64,000 nucleotides of DNA from the human T2T-CHM13v2.0 reference genome, Homo sapiens. Below are positions 12,395 to 28,673 of this stretch, piece by piece. The number at the start of each line of letters is the position of its first letter. Within the stretch, counting starts at the first letter, position 1. The notes below the pieces were generated by a model. It was not told the DNA's origin and made no database searches. It was given only the letters and a program-made list of their open reading frames with translations. Location of the stretch: the NCBI RefSeq assembly GCF_009914755.1, contig NC_060947.1; one strand, given 5' to 3'. The position numbers and the translations under genes were made by a program.

Positions 12395-14882
12395 TATTTT
12401 TCTAGTTCTCTGAAGAATGATGACGGTATTTTGAAGGAAATTGCACTGAATCTGTTGACTGCTTTTGGCAGTATGGTCATTTTCACAATAATGATACTAC
12501 CCATCCATAAGCATGGAATGTGTTTCCACTTGTTTGGGTCATCTGTGATTTCTTCCAGCAGTGTTTTGTAGTTTTTTATTGTAGAAATATTTCACCTCTT
12601 TGGTTAGGTATATTCCTAAGTATTTGATTTATTGTTTTGCAACTGTTGTAAAAGGAATTGAGTTCTTGATTTGATTCTCAGCTTGGTCGCTGTTGGTGTA
12701 TAGTAGTGCTACTGATTTGTGTACATTGATTTTGTATCTGGAGACTTTACTAAGTCTAGGAGCTTTTTAGATGAGCCTTTAGGGTTTTCTAGGTATACAA
12801 TCATATCATCAGCAAACAGTGACAGTTTGACTCCCTCTTTAGTGATTTGCATGTACTTTATTTCTTTCTCTTGTCTGATTGCTCTGGCTAGACTTCCAGT
12901 ACTAAGATAAATAGAAGTGGTCAGAGTGGGCATCCTTGTCTTGTTCCAGTTCTCAGAGGGAATGCCTTCAAATTTTCCCCATTCAGTATTATGTTGGCTG
13001 TGGGTTTGTCATAGATAGCTTTTATTACATTAAGGTATGTCCCTTGTATGCTGATTTTGCTGAGGGTTTTAACCATAAAGGGATGCTGGATTTTCTCAAA
13101 TGCTTTTTTCTATGTCTATTGAGATGCTTATGTGATTTTTGTTTTTAATTCTGTTTATGTGATGTATCACATTTATTAACTTGCGTATGTTAAACCATCC
13201 CTGCATCCACAGTATGAAACCCACTTGATCATGATGTATTATCTTTTTGATATGCAATTGTATTCAGTTAGCTAGCACTTTGTTGAGAATTTTTGAATCT
13301 ATATTCATCAGGAATATTGGCCTGTAGTTTTCTTTTTTGTTATGCTTTTTTCTTTATTTTGGTATTAGCGTGATAGTGGCTTCTAGGGAGGATTCCCCAT
13401 TTCTCCATATTTTGGAATAGTTTCAGCAGAATTGGTACCAATTCTTCTTTGACTGTCTGATAGAATTTATCTGTGAACCTATCTGGTCTTGGACTTTTTT
13501 GTTGGCATTTCTTTTATTACTGTTTCAGTCTCACCACTTGTTATTGGTCTGTTTAGAGAAATAAAGCCAACTACTTACATCTAACTGATCTTCAACAAAG
13601 CAAACAAAAACATTGAGTGGGGAAAGGACACCCTATTCAACAAATGGTGCTTGGATAATTGGCAAGCCACATGCAGAAGAATGAAGCTGAATCCTCATCT
13701 TTCACCTTATACAAAAATCAACTGAAGATAGACCAAAGACTAAAATCTAAGACCTGAAACCATAAAAACTCTAGAAGAAAACATCAGAAAAACTCTTCTA
13801 GACAGTGGCTTAGGCAAAGAGTTCATGACCAAGAACCCAAAAGCAAATGCAACAAAACCAAAAATAAATAGATGGGACATAATTAAAGTAGAATGCTTCT
13901 GCACAGCAAAAGAAATAATCAGTGGAGTAAACAGACAACCCACAAAGTGGGAGAAAATATTCACAAACTATGCATCCAACAGGAGGCAAATATCCAGACT
14001 TGTCAAGGAACTCAAACAAATCAGCAAGAAAAAAAAAAAAAACAAATAACCCAATCAAAAAGTGGGCAAATAACTTGAATAAACAATTCTCAAAAGAAGA
14101 TACACAAATGGCCAACAAACGTGAAAAAATGCTCAACATCACTAATTATCAGGGAAATGCACATTAAAACCACAATGAGATACCATCTTACTCCTGCAAG
14201 AATGGCCCTAATAAAAAAAAATGATAGATGTTGGCATGGATGTCGTAAAAAGAGAACACTTTTACACTGCTGGTGGGAATGTAAACTAGCACAAGCACTA
14301 TGGAAAACAGTATGGAGGCTCCTTAAAGAACTAAAAGTAGAACTACCATTTGATCCAGCGATCCCATTGCTGGGTATCTCCTCAAAGGAAAAAGAGTCAT
14401 TATATGAAAAAGACACTTGCACACGGATGTTTAAAGCAGCATAATTTGCAATTGCAAAAATATGGAACCAGCCTAAATGCCCATCAATCGACATGTGGAT
14501 AAAGAAAATGTGGTATATATACACCATGGAATACTACTTAGAAATAATAAAAAAAAAACCAATATAATGGCATTCACAGCAACCTGGATGGATTTGGAGA
14601 CCATTATTCTAAGTGAAGCAACTCAGGAATGGAAAACCGACGTCGTATGTTCTCACTTAGTGGGAGCTAAGCTATGAGGACATAAAAGCATAAAAATTAT
14701 ATAATGGAGTTTGGGGACTTGAGGGGAAGGGTGGGAAGGGGATGAGAGATAAAATTCTACACATTGTGGACAGTGTACACTGCTCTAGCGACAGGTACAC
14801 CAAAATCTCAGAAGTCATCACTAAATAACTCATCCATGTAACCAGAAATCACCTGTTCTCCCAAAATTTTTGAAATAAAATA
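12395..14882 (+). mobile_element. L1PB1-like with 5' inversion (12395-13557 antisense, 13557-14882 sense)
   Basis: ORF2 RT antisense, then ORF2 C-terminus and L1PB 3'UTR sense; TSD aaa(g/a)aatgtgatg at 12382-12394 and 14956-14968. Confidence 0.92.
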
Positions 14883-15267
14883 AATCTCATGTACCACATA
14901 AATATATACATGTATGTACCTACAAAAACTAAAAATAAAACATTATAAAAGAAACAAAAAATGTGATGGAAATGTTATACAAGTGCAAGAGCTTTGTTTT
15001 AAAGTTGCATTGCAGCCTCTGTTTACAATCTCTTGGAATGTTGTATCAAGTTTGTCACATAAGGTAGCTAGTCTAACGTATTGAGGAATTAGAGGCCCTG
15101 TTGAGTGTAGCAGAGCCTCCAGAGCCAACAACCATCAGAAACTGCTGGACATGCAAGTGAGAGAGACATCTTGGACCCTGTAGCCCATCAGCTCCTCCAG
15201 CTGAATACTTCTACATAAATTAGCTCTGAAAAAACCAGCAGAGGAACTGACCAGCTAACTCACAGAA

Positions 15268-15431
15268 TCTCTCTCTCTCCATATATATATATATATATAA
15301 AATCAATATATATATTGATTACAGAATCATCTATATATATAGAATCTACATATATAATCTATAATCTATAATACATATATTATAATATATTATATATAAC
15401 ATATATATAGAATATATATATATATATATAG
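15268..15431. repeat. (TC)n/(TA)n compound low-complexity repeat
   Basis: Direct reading. Confidence 0.9.
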
Positions 15432-15585
15432 TAATTTTAAGACAATAAGTTTGGGGGTGGGTTTTGCTGCAGCACTAGCTAAATGATACAAGTAACTTTC
15501 CATCCTACTGTGTATTTTACTCTAATTTTTCTTTTACCTTTGCCCACAAGTCCCTTGGTTATCTATAATTTTCTCCCACGATATC

Positions 15586-15665
15586 TTTTAATATGATTCT
15601 TCCTATTTTTTTAATATGATTTTTATATGATTCTTCCTATTTTTTAAATATGATTCTTCCTATTC
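15586..15665. repeat. Short tandem repeat, ~23-bp unit atatgattcttcctatttttt
   Basis: Three copies plus a partial copy. Confidence 0.85.
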
Positions 15666-15681
15666 TTTGTTGCAATATCTT

Positions 15682-15893
15682 TTTTTATCGATTTTAGATT
15701 GCTTTTTTTATTATTATTATACTTTAAGTTTTAGGGTACATGTGCACAATGTGCAGATTTGTTACATATGTATACATGTGCCATGCTGGTGTGCTGCGCC
15801 CATTAACTCGTCATTTAGCATTAGGTATATCTCTTGATGCTCTCCCTCCCCCCTCCCCCCACCCCGCAACAGTCCGCAGAGTGTGATGTTCCC
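15682..15893 (-). mobile_element. Young L1PA2/3-like 3' stub with a candidate short 3' transduction
   Basis: Perfect TSD ttgcaatatctt at 15670-15681 and 15894-15905. Confidence 0.93.
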
Positions 15894-16134
15894 TTGCAAT
15901 ATCTTAAAAGCTAAAAATTCTCCTTGATTCCCACTCTTTATCCCCCTATGTTAGTATGTCATATTCTCTTGCCACTGATTCTGTTATGGCCAGAGACCAG
16001 AACATGAGCTATTATCTCACAAATAAAAATAAGCCACAGTGTTCAGCTGGCCTGTCCTCCAATAATTCCCACTGGCAGTGAAACTCAAGGCACACCCCTT
16101 CTGATAGTTCATCAGCATAGGTAATTTAAAGTTT

Positions 16135-17200
<1,066 letters not shown>

Positions 17201-17604
17201 AACATTACTATTGAGAATCTCTTATTAAGAACTCATACAATTAAGTATCTCCCATTGAGTTATTGCCTAATACTCCTGTCTCTAAGCGACACAGCTTATC
17301 ATATAGTCTCTCAGTGGAGGCAGAAGTAAAATCAGCTGTTCACTGGAGAACTGGCAGCATCGTGGGAGGAGGTAGGCCTTGATACTTAGGTACAAGGAAG
17401 AGCATCAGAAACACCTTGTGTGGAGTTTCTAAGCATAGAATCTTGGCTTAGCAGAGAGCCACAGACTGAGAAATTGTAGAGAAGCAAATAAGACAATGAG
17501 CATAAAGATTTGTACAATGTTAAAATATTAATAAAAATATGAAAGACAGCAATACATAACTATACATCTGCATATGAAGAAAAGAAACACTGGAATGAGA
17601 AATA

Positions 17605-17830
17605 ATATTAAGTAACACCTTCTATATCCCAAACACTGTACTTGGTAGGTGATGGATATTATTTTGTTTTAAACATTCAGAAAACCTGGGAAGTTGATTC
17701 AGTTGTTCTATTTTACATAGAAATAAATCAAAGATGACAGAAATGAAGCACCTTATGCAAGGCTTAAAGATAACTAAACTCTTTAAGGCAGTATTCAAAA
17801 TCAGGTATCTCTAACTCCATTTTTTTTTCC
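17605..17830 (+). mobile_element. MIR
   Basis: Degenerate core ctattttacatagaaataaatcaaaga. Confidence 0.5.
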
Positions 17831-18004
17831 ATTCTGTTACATTGTGCTGCTTTGTTATTTCAAGGCCAAAAGAGGCAAAACAAAGATTTAAATGGACTTA
17901 TAGTCAAGATTAATATGTGAGCATATAAATTTGTCTCTTGTCATCCCTATTCCCATTGAAATAACAAAAGAAATATTAAAATATGATAAAACATATTTAA
18001 CTTA

Positions 18005-18097
18005 TTCAAGGAGTATGTGGATGTTTATGGTTCTATCTGATGTAGGAAACTTTTAATTTTTTACCAACTTGGATTAAATCAGAAAATTACATTCATC
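18005..18097 (-). pseudogene. Candidate decayed exon (DECNFLI*SKLVKN*KFPTSDRTINIHILLE)
   Basis: Acceptor attctttttaaag|GAT; donor GAA|taagt lacks its G; 93 nt, phase 0-0; joined to the next exon gives LLE|IQ. Confidence 0.4.
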
Positions 18098-18134
18098 CTT
18101 TAAAAAGAATGATATTTATCATAAGGAATGCATT

Positions 18135-18350
18135 TATTAGATACAATATCTGGAGCCAAACTGCCTGGGTTAAAATCCTATCTCCTCCAATTATAAATTA
18201 TATAGTCTTTTTTCAAGTTATTTAAACTCTCCTTATCTTGTTTTCCACATATGTAAATTGAGGTTGTTATGAGACCCAAATGAATTAATATTTGTGAAGA
18301 TGTCAGAATGGTTTCTGATGTATGATAAATGTAAATTAATAGTTGCTAAA
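18135..18350 (-). mobile_element. MIR
   Basis: tctggagccaaactgcctgggttaaaatcc...caagttatttaaactctc. Confidence 0.75.
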
Positions 18351-18457
18351 TAAAAATAATTTGAGTAATTGTTGTTTTTTTGTCATAGACTTCTGTGAAG
18401 AAGGCAACATTAACACCAGAATCTAATTATTGCTCTTTTGAATTCTTATCTACATGA

Positions 18458-19310
<853 letters not shown>

Positions 19311-22300
19311 ATGACTGGCTAAGGCATATGAGTGGAGGAAAATCTACATTAATGCTAAAGACTAGAAAAAGGTAAACAATTTCCACTCAATATAATACTG
19401 ATGTGACCTCTTTGAAGGAAGACAGAGGGCTGACATTTGACATACTCTGTAATAAAAGAACAGTATATCTAAAATTGAATTTGACACCTCTTATTTTATG
19501 GAATTCACATCTGGAGATGAAAGCATGGCATGAGATGTCAGAACACACGACTTGGTCTTCTCTTCAACAATATGGGTAAATCAACACAATGTGGAGTCCA
19601 GTAGTGTTACTTGGTGAACCCAGAAATCATTTATGGCCGAAGCTCCTATAATAAACAGAGCTTTGGGAGAGTAGCAGCAAGGCTGAGCTGAGAGTTGAAT
19701 GTTGCTTCCTGACATGGTCTCCGTGGCAAAAACAGAGGCACATGTGAAAGTCCCCACTGAGCATATTCTTGTTCCTAACTTTTTCTAAACTTCTGCCAGT
19801 GAACTAGATCTCTGAATTTAAAGAACATATTTCTAGCAAGTGTAATTTTTCCTTTTCCCCTCACTTGTACCATTAAAATTTGGCAGAATCCCAGTCTATT
19901 TCACAAGATATCCATTTCAAATCAACTTTATTGATAGTAAAAGAATATTTGGAATGCCTAGACATTTCTCTATAAGAATGCAAAATTAAAGGAAAATCAG
20001 TAGACCCAAAGGCATGTGTTGCAATTCAAAAAGCTCCCCTGAAAAATTAGAACAACAGTCTTCACCTGAAAGAGATGTACTGTAAGAAACAAAACAAAAT
20101 CCAGACATTAAATCTACGACGTTAGACCAAGCAGCCACAATGAAAGAATAATCAATGAGCATAAAACATTGAGGAAGGTGAAAACTATTATTGTCAAAAA
20201 CTAAAATAATAGAAGTCATAGCTAAAGTCTTTTAGTAAGCCTCTTGAAGTAATAGTAGTGGGCTATTAGTTATTTGTCTCTCATATTTCAAAACACGGAT
20301 CAATGAAATTTAAAGATTTTGTCATAAGTATTGAGTGAATGCATAAATATGATTTTTGATAGCACTGTAAGCGTACACAGGAATTTCATTTACTGGTTGT
20401 TTGGTGCCTTTTATCCCTGTTTGAATGTTTTCAGTGTAGTTAACAGTGTATTATAGACATTCACATTAAAAAAAATGACATGAATTAACAGCTCCTGATA
20501 CAAACCAAACCAATAAAAAAGTAAAAACTGACAATTTCACTGGAAAGTAATCCTTTGGGAAAACAATTTGACAAATACGAGAAAAGTTTCCAGTTACTAT
20601 AAAGCTGATAGGAATCTATTGAGAAAAATTACTTTGAATTCACTTTATGATCTACTCATACATTGCTTTATGAAATATACAATCTGATTTTAAAATGGCC
20701 AACGTGTTTTGTTTATTTCGTGCTACCTGATTCTCATTCATAAAGTGTTTCATTTTGAAAACTGGTTAGTTGTCATTCTATTTCACAAGCACCTCTTTGT
20801 GATGCCACCAGAGTATTTCCTCAACCAGTTTTCTACAAAATATTGGACACTGTAGTACTTTAAAACCAAAGTTCCAGAAGGTCTGATGGCAGTGTCTTGC
20901 ACTCTGATAATTACAGTCCTCAAAAATAGAGAGATACTTCAGAAATAATAGAATGAGAAGCTCTACAGATCTTCTTCCCAACCAAACAATTATAAATTTT
21001 AAAGAAATCTTTCTTTAAAGTCTCTAAAAATTTTTCTGAGGGTATACAACAAATAGATACGTTTACTTGGGAGAATCTCAGTGTTTTTTAAAAAGTGAGA
21101 TACTGTGGCATTTGAGACACACTCACACCTCCAGTTCAGTGCAATTGAAGCTCTACTGCTGATAGGTGTAGGTAAGAATAAAAGACTCCTTCTACCCCCA
21201 TATCTCAGTCTAGGGCTCCACTGGAGGGGGAGGATGCCAGCATTTCTTATTCCCCAAAACTTCATGTTGCAGACTTCATGTTGCAGAAGCTCTCTTCCGG
21301 AAAAGATGGTCTATAAGTAGCTATACTGAAAAAGAATGAATATCTCAAATAAACAACCTAATTTCCCATCTTAATTTATTGTAAAAGGAAGAGAAAAGTA
21401 AGCCCAATGCAAATATTTTAAAAAGTTGTTTCCTCGGAAAGATTAATAAAAGTAGCAAAACTTTAGCTAGTATGACCACAAGAATGAGAGAAAAAATTCT
21501 AATTGCTAAAATCAGAAGTAAAAGAGGGGACTGTACTAAAATCTTTACAGAAATAAAAGGAATTATGAAGAAATACAATACTAGGAACAATGTATGCCAA
21601 CACATAAGACAACTTTGATAAAATGAACAAATTCCTCGAAAGACGCAAATTGCCAAACTGACTCAGGATAAAATAGAAAATCTGAATAAACATATAGTAA
21701 GTAAAGGGATTGATTTAGTAATCAAAATATAACCACAAATAAAAGACCAATCCAGATATCTTTGCTTCTGAATTCTATGAAAAATTTAAAGAATAATTAC
21801 TATCAATTTTTCACTACACCTTCTAACAAGTAAAAGATAAATGAACATGTATGATTCATTTTAGGAGGCTGGTATTACCTTGATACTAAAACAGACAAAG
21901 AATCAAAAAAAGAAAAGAAAAAAAGAAAAAGAAAAAAATACTACAGGCCAGTTGGGGTCCTTATGTGCTGATGCACTGCAGATGGAAATGTAAAATGTTA
22001 GAGCCACTTTAGAAAACAGTCTGGCTGTTTCTCCAAAAAAAAGTTAAACATAGAATTAACATTGACCGAGCAGTTCCACTGCTAGATACATACACAAGAG
22101 AAAAAAAAAGCATGTATCAAACAAAACTTTTATACGAATATTAATAGTAGCATTATTCATAAAAGCAAAAAAGTTGTAAACCAACTTAAATGTACATCAC
22201 CTGATAAATGGATAAACAAAATGTTGTATATACAAACAATTGAGTATTATTTGTCCACTAGCATTACTAAATAGAACTAATCTTACAATTAAGATGGAAA

Positions 22301-22761
22301 TATGAGTTGAAAAACTAAAAAAACTAAAAAGACAACTAGACCTCATAGGAATATATGAAAATTTCCGCCCAATAATAGAAGATTACACATTTTTCTCACA
22401 GTCACACAGAACATTCTCCAGTATAGACAATACGTCGGGGCATAAAACAAGCTTCAATATTTTTTAAATGATTCAAATCTTAACGTATGTTCTCTGACCC
22501 AAATGCAATGAAATGATGAATCAAAACAGAGGAAATTCACAAATATAGGAAATTAAACAACATACTCCTAAATAACCAATGAGTCAAAGAAGGAATCACA
22601 AGAGAAATGATAAAATATTTTGATATGAATGAAAATATAGACGCAGTATATCAAAATGTATGCTAAAGCTGTACTCTGAGAGAAATTTATCATTGTAAAT
22701 GCCTATATCAAAAACAAAACACACCTTAATAATTTAACCTTCCACTTCAATCACCTGAAGA

Positions 22762-23238
22762 TGTTACCAAAACAAACACCAGGGGTTCAGTCTAGGTTCT
22801 GGGGCTTGCAGCAGAGAAAGCCAGTCACTCAGAAGAATTATTGCAAAGAATGAAGGCCTCAATTGGGTGCTGCAGCCAAGGAGATGGGATATCAGTCTAA
22901 AATCCGTCTCCCTGACTGAATAAAATTCGTAGTCTAGATAGCAGGGAATAAATGTAACTATGTGTGGGAAAACAGGAAATGAAGAGAGGTAAGGAAGTAA
23001 TCATGGTAAATGAGGGGCCTGGTGTCTTATTTTCTGGATGCAATGATCTAGTGAGTTTCAGTTCTTTGATACTTTCTGAGAGGCCTATGGGTCCTTTCCT
23101 GAGGAAGAAACTCAGAGAAAACAAATATAAGCTTTGTTTTCAAGCTTTAAGCTTTAAGACCAGAATAGTCAACTTCTATGCAAAAACAAAATCAAGAACA
23201 ACAAAAAAACTGTAAATGGGACTATTAGGTTGGTTTCA
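22762..23238 (-). mobile_element. ERV1 solo LTR (LOR1-like)
   Basis: TG…CA termini (tgttaccaaaa … ttggtttca) and 4-bp TSD aaga. Confidence 0.8.
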
Positions 23239-26073
23239 AAGACAATGAGAAAAAAAAAAGCAAAGAAAAAGCCTACAGAAGGAAACGAGATTAGCGAAAA
23301 AATTCATATAATAGAAAACACAGATAAAAACAATAGAGAAAATAAACAAAACCAAATTTAGGCACTTTGGAAAGATAAATAACATTGACAAACTTTTAGA
23401 TAGGCTGACCAAGAAAAATAGAGAAAAAATCAAATTACTTTATTCAATAATAGAATAAGGTACGTTGCTTGTAACAAGTCCCAACTAATTCCTTGAGATA
23501 TGCATAGCTCTGATACCAAATTCATAAAGATATCACAAAAAAGAAAATGACAGACCCGTATCTCCTATGAATATAAATGCAAAACTTCAACAAAATTCTC
23601 AAACATAAAATCAAAACTTAACAGGGATTTCAATGAATTTGTTTTGGACAGTATTCTTTTCACAGCATAAATTAATAAGCATATAATGTTTTCCCATTCA
23701 TTTAGGTATTCTTTAATTTCCTTTAGCAGTGTTTTGTAGTTTTTAGTGCACAAGTATTTCACCTCTTTTTAAAAGTTTTTTTTCCCTTGGTATTGTATTA
23801 TTATTAGGATGATATTTTAAATTGAATACTTTTAAAATTTTTTTGTTTTTCTTTGCTAATGTATAGAAAGATAAATAATTCTTTCACACTTATTTTGTGC
23901 CATCCAACATTCTAAAATAATTTGTTACCACTAATAGGTTTTTTTTTTTGTAAATTCCTTGGGTTTTCTATATATAAGATCATATTATCTGCAAACAGAG
24001 AAAGTTTTTACTTCTTTTCTATTTGGATCCCTTTTATTTATTATTGGCCAATTTTTCTGTCTAGAATGTCCACTAAAAAGTTGAATAGCAATGGTGAACC
24101 CCCACGTTTATTGCAGTACTATATAGCTAAGATATGGCTTCAAGCTAAACATCCATCAATATACAAGTGGATAAAGAAAATGTGTTATATATACACAATG
24201 CAATACTATTCGGCCATAAAATGAATGAGATTCTGTCATCCCTGGCAACATGGATGAGCCTGGAAGACATTGGATTAAGCAAAATCAGTCAGGCACAGAA
24301 ATATAAATATGATGTGATCTTACTCATATGTGGGAGCAAAAATAAATTTTGAGGTTATAGAAGTTGGGAGTAAAATTGTGGGTATTAGAGGCTGGAAAGT
24401 GAGTGAAGATGGGGAGGTATTGGCTAACAGATGCAAAATTACAGCTAGATAGGAAGAATGAGTTCTGGTGTTCTTCAGAACTGTAGGATGATTATGGTTA
24501 ACTGTAATTTACTGTATACGTTTAAAAACCTAAAAGAGAGGATTTTGAATATTCCCAACACACACAAATCACCCGGATTTTGTCATTATGCAATGTATGC
24601 ACATGTTGAAGTGCCATTCTGTATTCCCCAAATATGTACAATTTTTACATGTCAAATAAAAATAAAAGGAACAAAAACCAATGAGCTATTATCTCACCTT
24701 TTTGGATAGCTATTATCAGAAAGATAATACAACAAGTCTCGATGAGGTTTTGGAGAAAAGCAAAGTGTTGTACGCTGTTGGTGGGAATGTGAACGCATAT
24801 TACCTTTATGGATAACAGTGTAGAGATTACAATTAAAAAATACATCTAGCTTATAATTCATTAATCTCACTTCTTCATAGATATCCAGTGGAAATAATAT
24901 TAGGATTTCAAAAATATATCTGTATCCCTATGTTTAATATTGCGTTATTCACAATTGCCTAGATACGGAAACAAACCAAATACCTAATGATAGATAAAGA
25001 AAATGTGGTGTAAATACACAATAGAATGCTGATGAGCGTTAAAAAATAAAGAAATCCTGTTATTTGTGGCAACATGGATGAATCTGGAGGACATTATGCT
25101 AAGTGAAAGAAGCCAGGCATGGAAAGAAAAATATGTAAGATCTCATTTATATGCGGAATTTAAATCATCAAACTCATGGAAGCAGAGAGGAGAGTGGTGT
25201 TTTCCAGGGGCTGGGGAGTGAATGCGGAGAATACGGGAGATATTTGTCAAAGGGTACAAATTTTTAGTTATGCAAAATGAATTAGCCCTGGAGATCTAAT
25301 GTACAGCAATGTGAGTATAGTTAACAACATTACATTGTGTACTTGAAATTTGCTAAAGGTGTAAATCAAGTGTGGTCACCACAAAAAATAAAAGGAAAAA
25401 TAAAAGAATAAATATGCGGGGTGATGGATATGTTAATTAGCTTGTTTGTGGCAATTATTTCACAATCTGTACATATATCAGAACATCGCGTTGTACACCT
25501 TAAACATATACAATTTTTATTTGCCAATTATACCTCAGTAAACGTGAAAAAAGAGAAATAAGTTTTTCCAATTCATTTATACCTATAAAAAAGCTCACAG
25601 ATAAAGACCAATACCACTAATATATATACATGCAAAATTCCTAAATGAAATATGAGAAAGATAAATACAATAAAAATAATTTTTCATGTCCAATTGGTTT
25701 ATTCATAACATTACAGCTTAATAAGACTTAATATAGTAATCACAGTATCAATGGGTTAAAGGATTATTATTCCGAATAAATCAGATGACAAAGAGACATT
25801 TAATAAAATTCAATATAACTTTCAAATGTAAGCTCTCTTCAAATAAAATCTTCCTTTCTTAACAAAATCAAAGAAATCTGTCTTTAAATTATGATGAATA
25901 TCATTTGTTCCAAAGAAAATATAGAAAATGTATGTTGCAAATCAAAGATTACATGCAGAGTCTAATAATCACCTCATTAATTTACATTATCTGGGAAGTT
26001 CTGATTCACATAACAAAATTATAAAAATAAGTAAACTAATTGAAAGTGGGAGATAATATCTTTATTTGCATAG

Positions 26074-26411
<338 letters not shown>

Positions 26412-26536
26412 TGAATTCTTAGAACTCATACAAAATGTGTGTAATCTGGTTGGATACAGAAAAAATCACTGAAAAACATAACAAAAACAGCAAAAAAAAG
26501 TAAAATTGTTTAATAACACATTTAACAAAATATATG

Positions 26537-26848
26537 AAAAGTCTTTATGTGTGTATAACTTTATTTGAATGTATAGTCAAGGCATGTGCTTGGCATGGAA
26601 AGACAATATTTTAACATTCTGAAATCCTCTCTAGTTAATGTATAGGTTAGAAATTCCAGTAAAAATCTCAATAGCATTTGAGCACTAACAAAAAGCTTTA
26701 CATACATGTAACTTTATTGGAACGTAGAGTGGAGGTTTGTGCCTGGGATGGAAAGATAATATTTTAACATTCCAAATTACTCCCTAATTAATGTATAGGT
26801 AAGAAATTCCATTAACAATTTCAATAGCGCTTGAGAACTAACAAAAAT
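26537..26848. repeat. Old 153-bp tandem duplication inside L1M
   Basis: aactttatt at 26557 and 26710; atggaaaga.aatattttaacattc and actaacaaaaa in both copies. Confidence 0.9.
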
Positions 26849-27350
26849 ATTCTGAAGATTATCTGGAAAAACATTCCTAAACATAGCCAGGAATAAATAA
26901 AAAGTTAAACAGTAGAAAATTTCTCTACAAAATATTAAAATAAGAGAGTTCTAATAAGTTACAGTACAGTAGTATTCATCTAATTCATTGAGAAAAGAAT
27001 CAGAAAAAACCATACATGAAATACGCTATCATTCAATAGTAATAACAGAAGTACAAATTGTAACAGTATAAATTGTACTTTTTCAGTGGGAAAATGACCA
27101 CAAAAACACCTTTGAAGACTATATTTATTATTGGTGAAGATTGGAGGAAATAAACTTTTCATATATCGACTACTGTAGGAAGGTATGTTCATGTGTATAA
27201 AAAATCTTATATATTGCAGAGTGACAATACTACCTTTGATTCTTTCACAGTTTGCACTCAGTAAGGAGATGTCTATATAAAGGACCTAAGAGCTACTGAA
27301 TTCCCCAGAAAAGGCTATTTAGAGCCATTCTGCCTTTGGATATTGCTTAC

Positions 27351-27540
27351 CTTTTTTGCTAATAATTCAAGGAATATCAGTAAAAAATAGAATTCGGCAC
27401 ACAAACTTGCAAAATGCCTGACAACTATTTCTTCCTTGAGATTTTCTGTCTTTAGTTTCATCTTGTCATAAATGTTTAAACTTGCAAGTTCCATAAAATA
27501 AAAATCACAATTATGTCAGTAATTACTTTGTTTTCCAGTC
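27351..27540 (-). pseudogene. Candidate decayed exon (TGKQSNY*HNCDFYFMELASLNIYDKMKLKTENLKEEIVVRHFASLCAEFYFLLIFLELLAKK)
   Basis: Acceptor ttattattaaacag|G, donor AAG|gtaagc; 190 nt with one stop in 63 codons; phases fit both neighbouring exons. Confidence 0.55.
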
Positions 27541-28142
27541 CTGTTTAATAATAAGCAAACACTGAAATAATTGAAGGGACAAAATGATCAACACGTCTCT
27601 GAATTTAATCAGGTGTTTCTAATTGCCATCAATTACAAATGACATTTCGTTCTTTTTCTAACTCAAGTTACTCCATCTTTATCCTCATCAAAAGAGTGCA
27701 TTCTTCCAAACTTTTTAACTTTCATAAGAAAGAAAATGTGAGGCAACAAAAAATCTGTAAGACCACAGTAAGTTGGCCCTATTAAAATTCACGGCAATTA
27801 TATTGGCTTAACAATATATTTATATAAAGACATAGTGGCTCCTTTATTATCATCTCATTATCTATCAATTTTGGACAAAATTTTAATTTCTTAAAAGTAG
27901 AGCTAAAAACATATTTTTGTTGTTAAAAAACACCTATTTTACATGGCCACAAACTTCCTAAACAAGAGTAGACAAAAGCAATCAACATCTTGAGAGATGA
28001 TGAAGTAAAAATGTGCATCTACAGTTATTGTACTATTAAGTCTGTACATCTTTGATAGTAGTAATCCAAAATCTTTGGAATATTAAAAACATGTTTTAGT
28101 TACTGAATGGAGTTACATGTTTCCAGTTGAAACTACATACTT

Positions 28143-28533
28143 TGTTTCAATTAAGTTCTTCTAGCCAAAACATCCTCTTACTAAGTGGACCAGGTGGAGT
28201 ATCCACTTATCTCTAAGTATGGGGTTTCAGTTCTCTCATGGCCTCAGAATTATTTAAACAAGCCAATCGTTTTTTTCTACTGGAAATAGGGAGCAGTGTA
28301 CCCTCTTGATCCTAGGAAGCCTGCTTCCCATAGTCCCTGGTTGTTTACTTTGTTCTTGAATGCAAACCCCAACCCCATGTGGCCTGTGATGCCTTCCTCT
28401 TCCAGGCTTTGAGTATATGTGACCAATAAATTGCTGTGGATATCATTTATTTAGTATCAGATGTTGTGTGTTCGGCTGTCTCAATAACCCTAGGGAGGGA
28501 ATTCCTTCCTCACAAATGGGGTGAATAAAAACA
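28143..28533 (+). mobile_element. ERVL-class LTR (MER74/LTR53-like)
   Basis: CCAAT box, gagtatatgtgaccaataaattgctg, aaccctagggaggga…aca end. Confidence 0.55.
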
Positions 28534-28673
28534 AAAAATAAATAAATATGATTCATGAGAAGTGTTACGGATAGTCAATAGTAGTTAGTATATCAGAACA
28601 ACTCATATACATATGTTAAGTATTGACATTGGATAAGCAAGTAATTTATAAGACATAGTCAAAATTCAGAATA

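Larger units (their letters stand above)
12245..15490 (+). mobile_element. MLT1F/G-type LTR split by L1PB1 and by a TA-rich expansion
   Basis: tgtggtaag… start; resumes after the TSD at 14969; ends gcagcactagctaaatgataca. Confidence 0.7.

Noticed and set aside
20230-20780. Possible old DNA-transposon remnant
   Set aside because: No termini or family could be identified from the sequence
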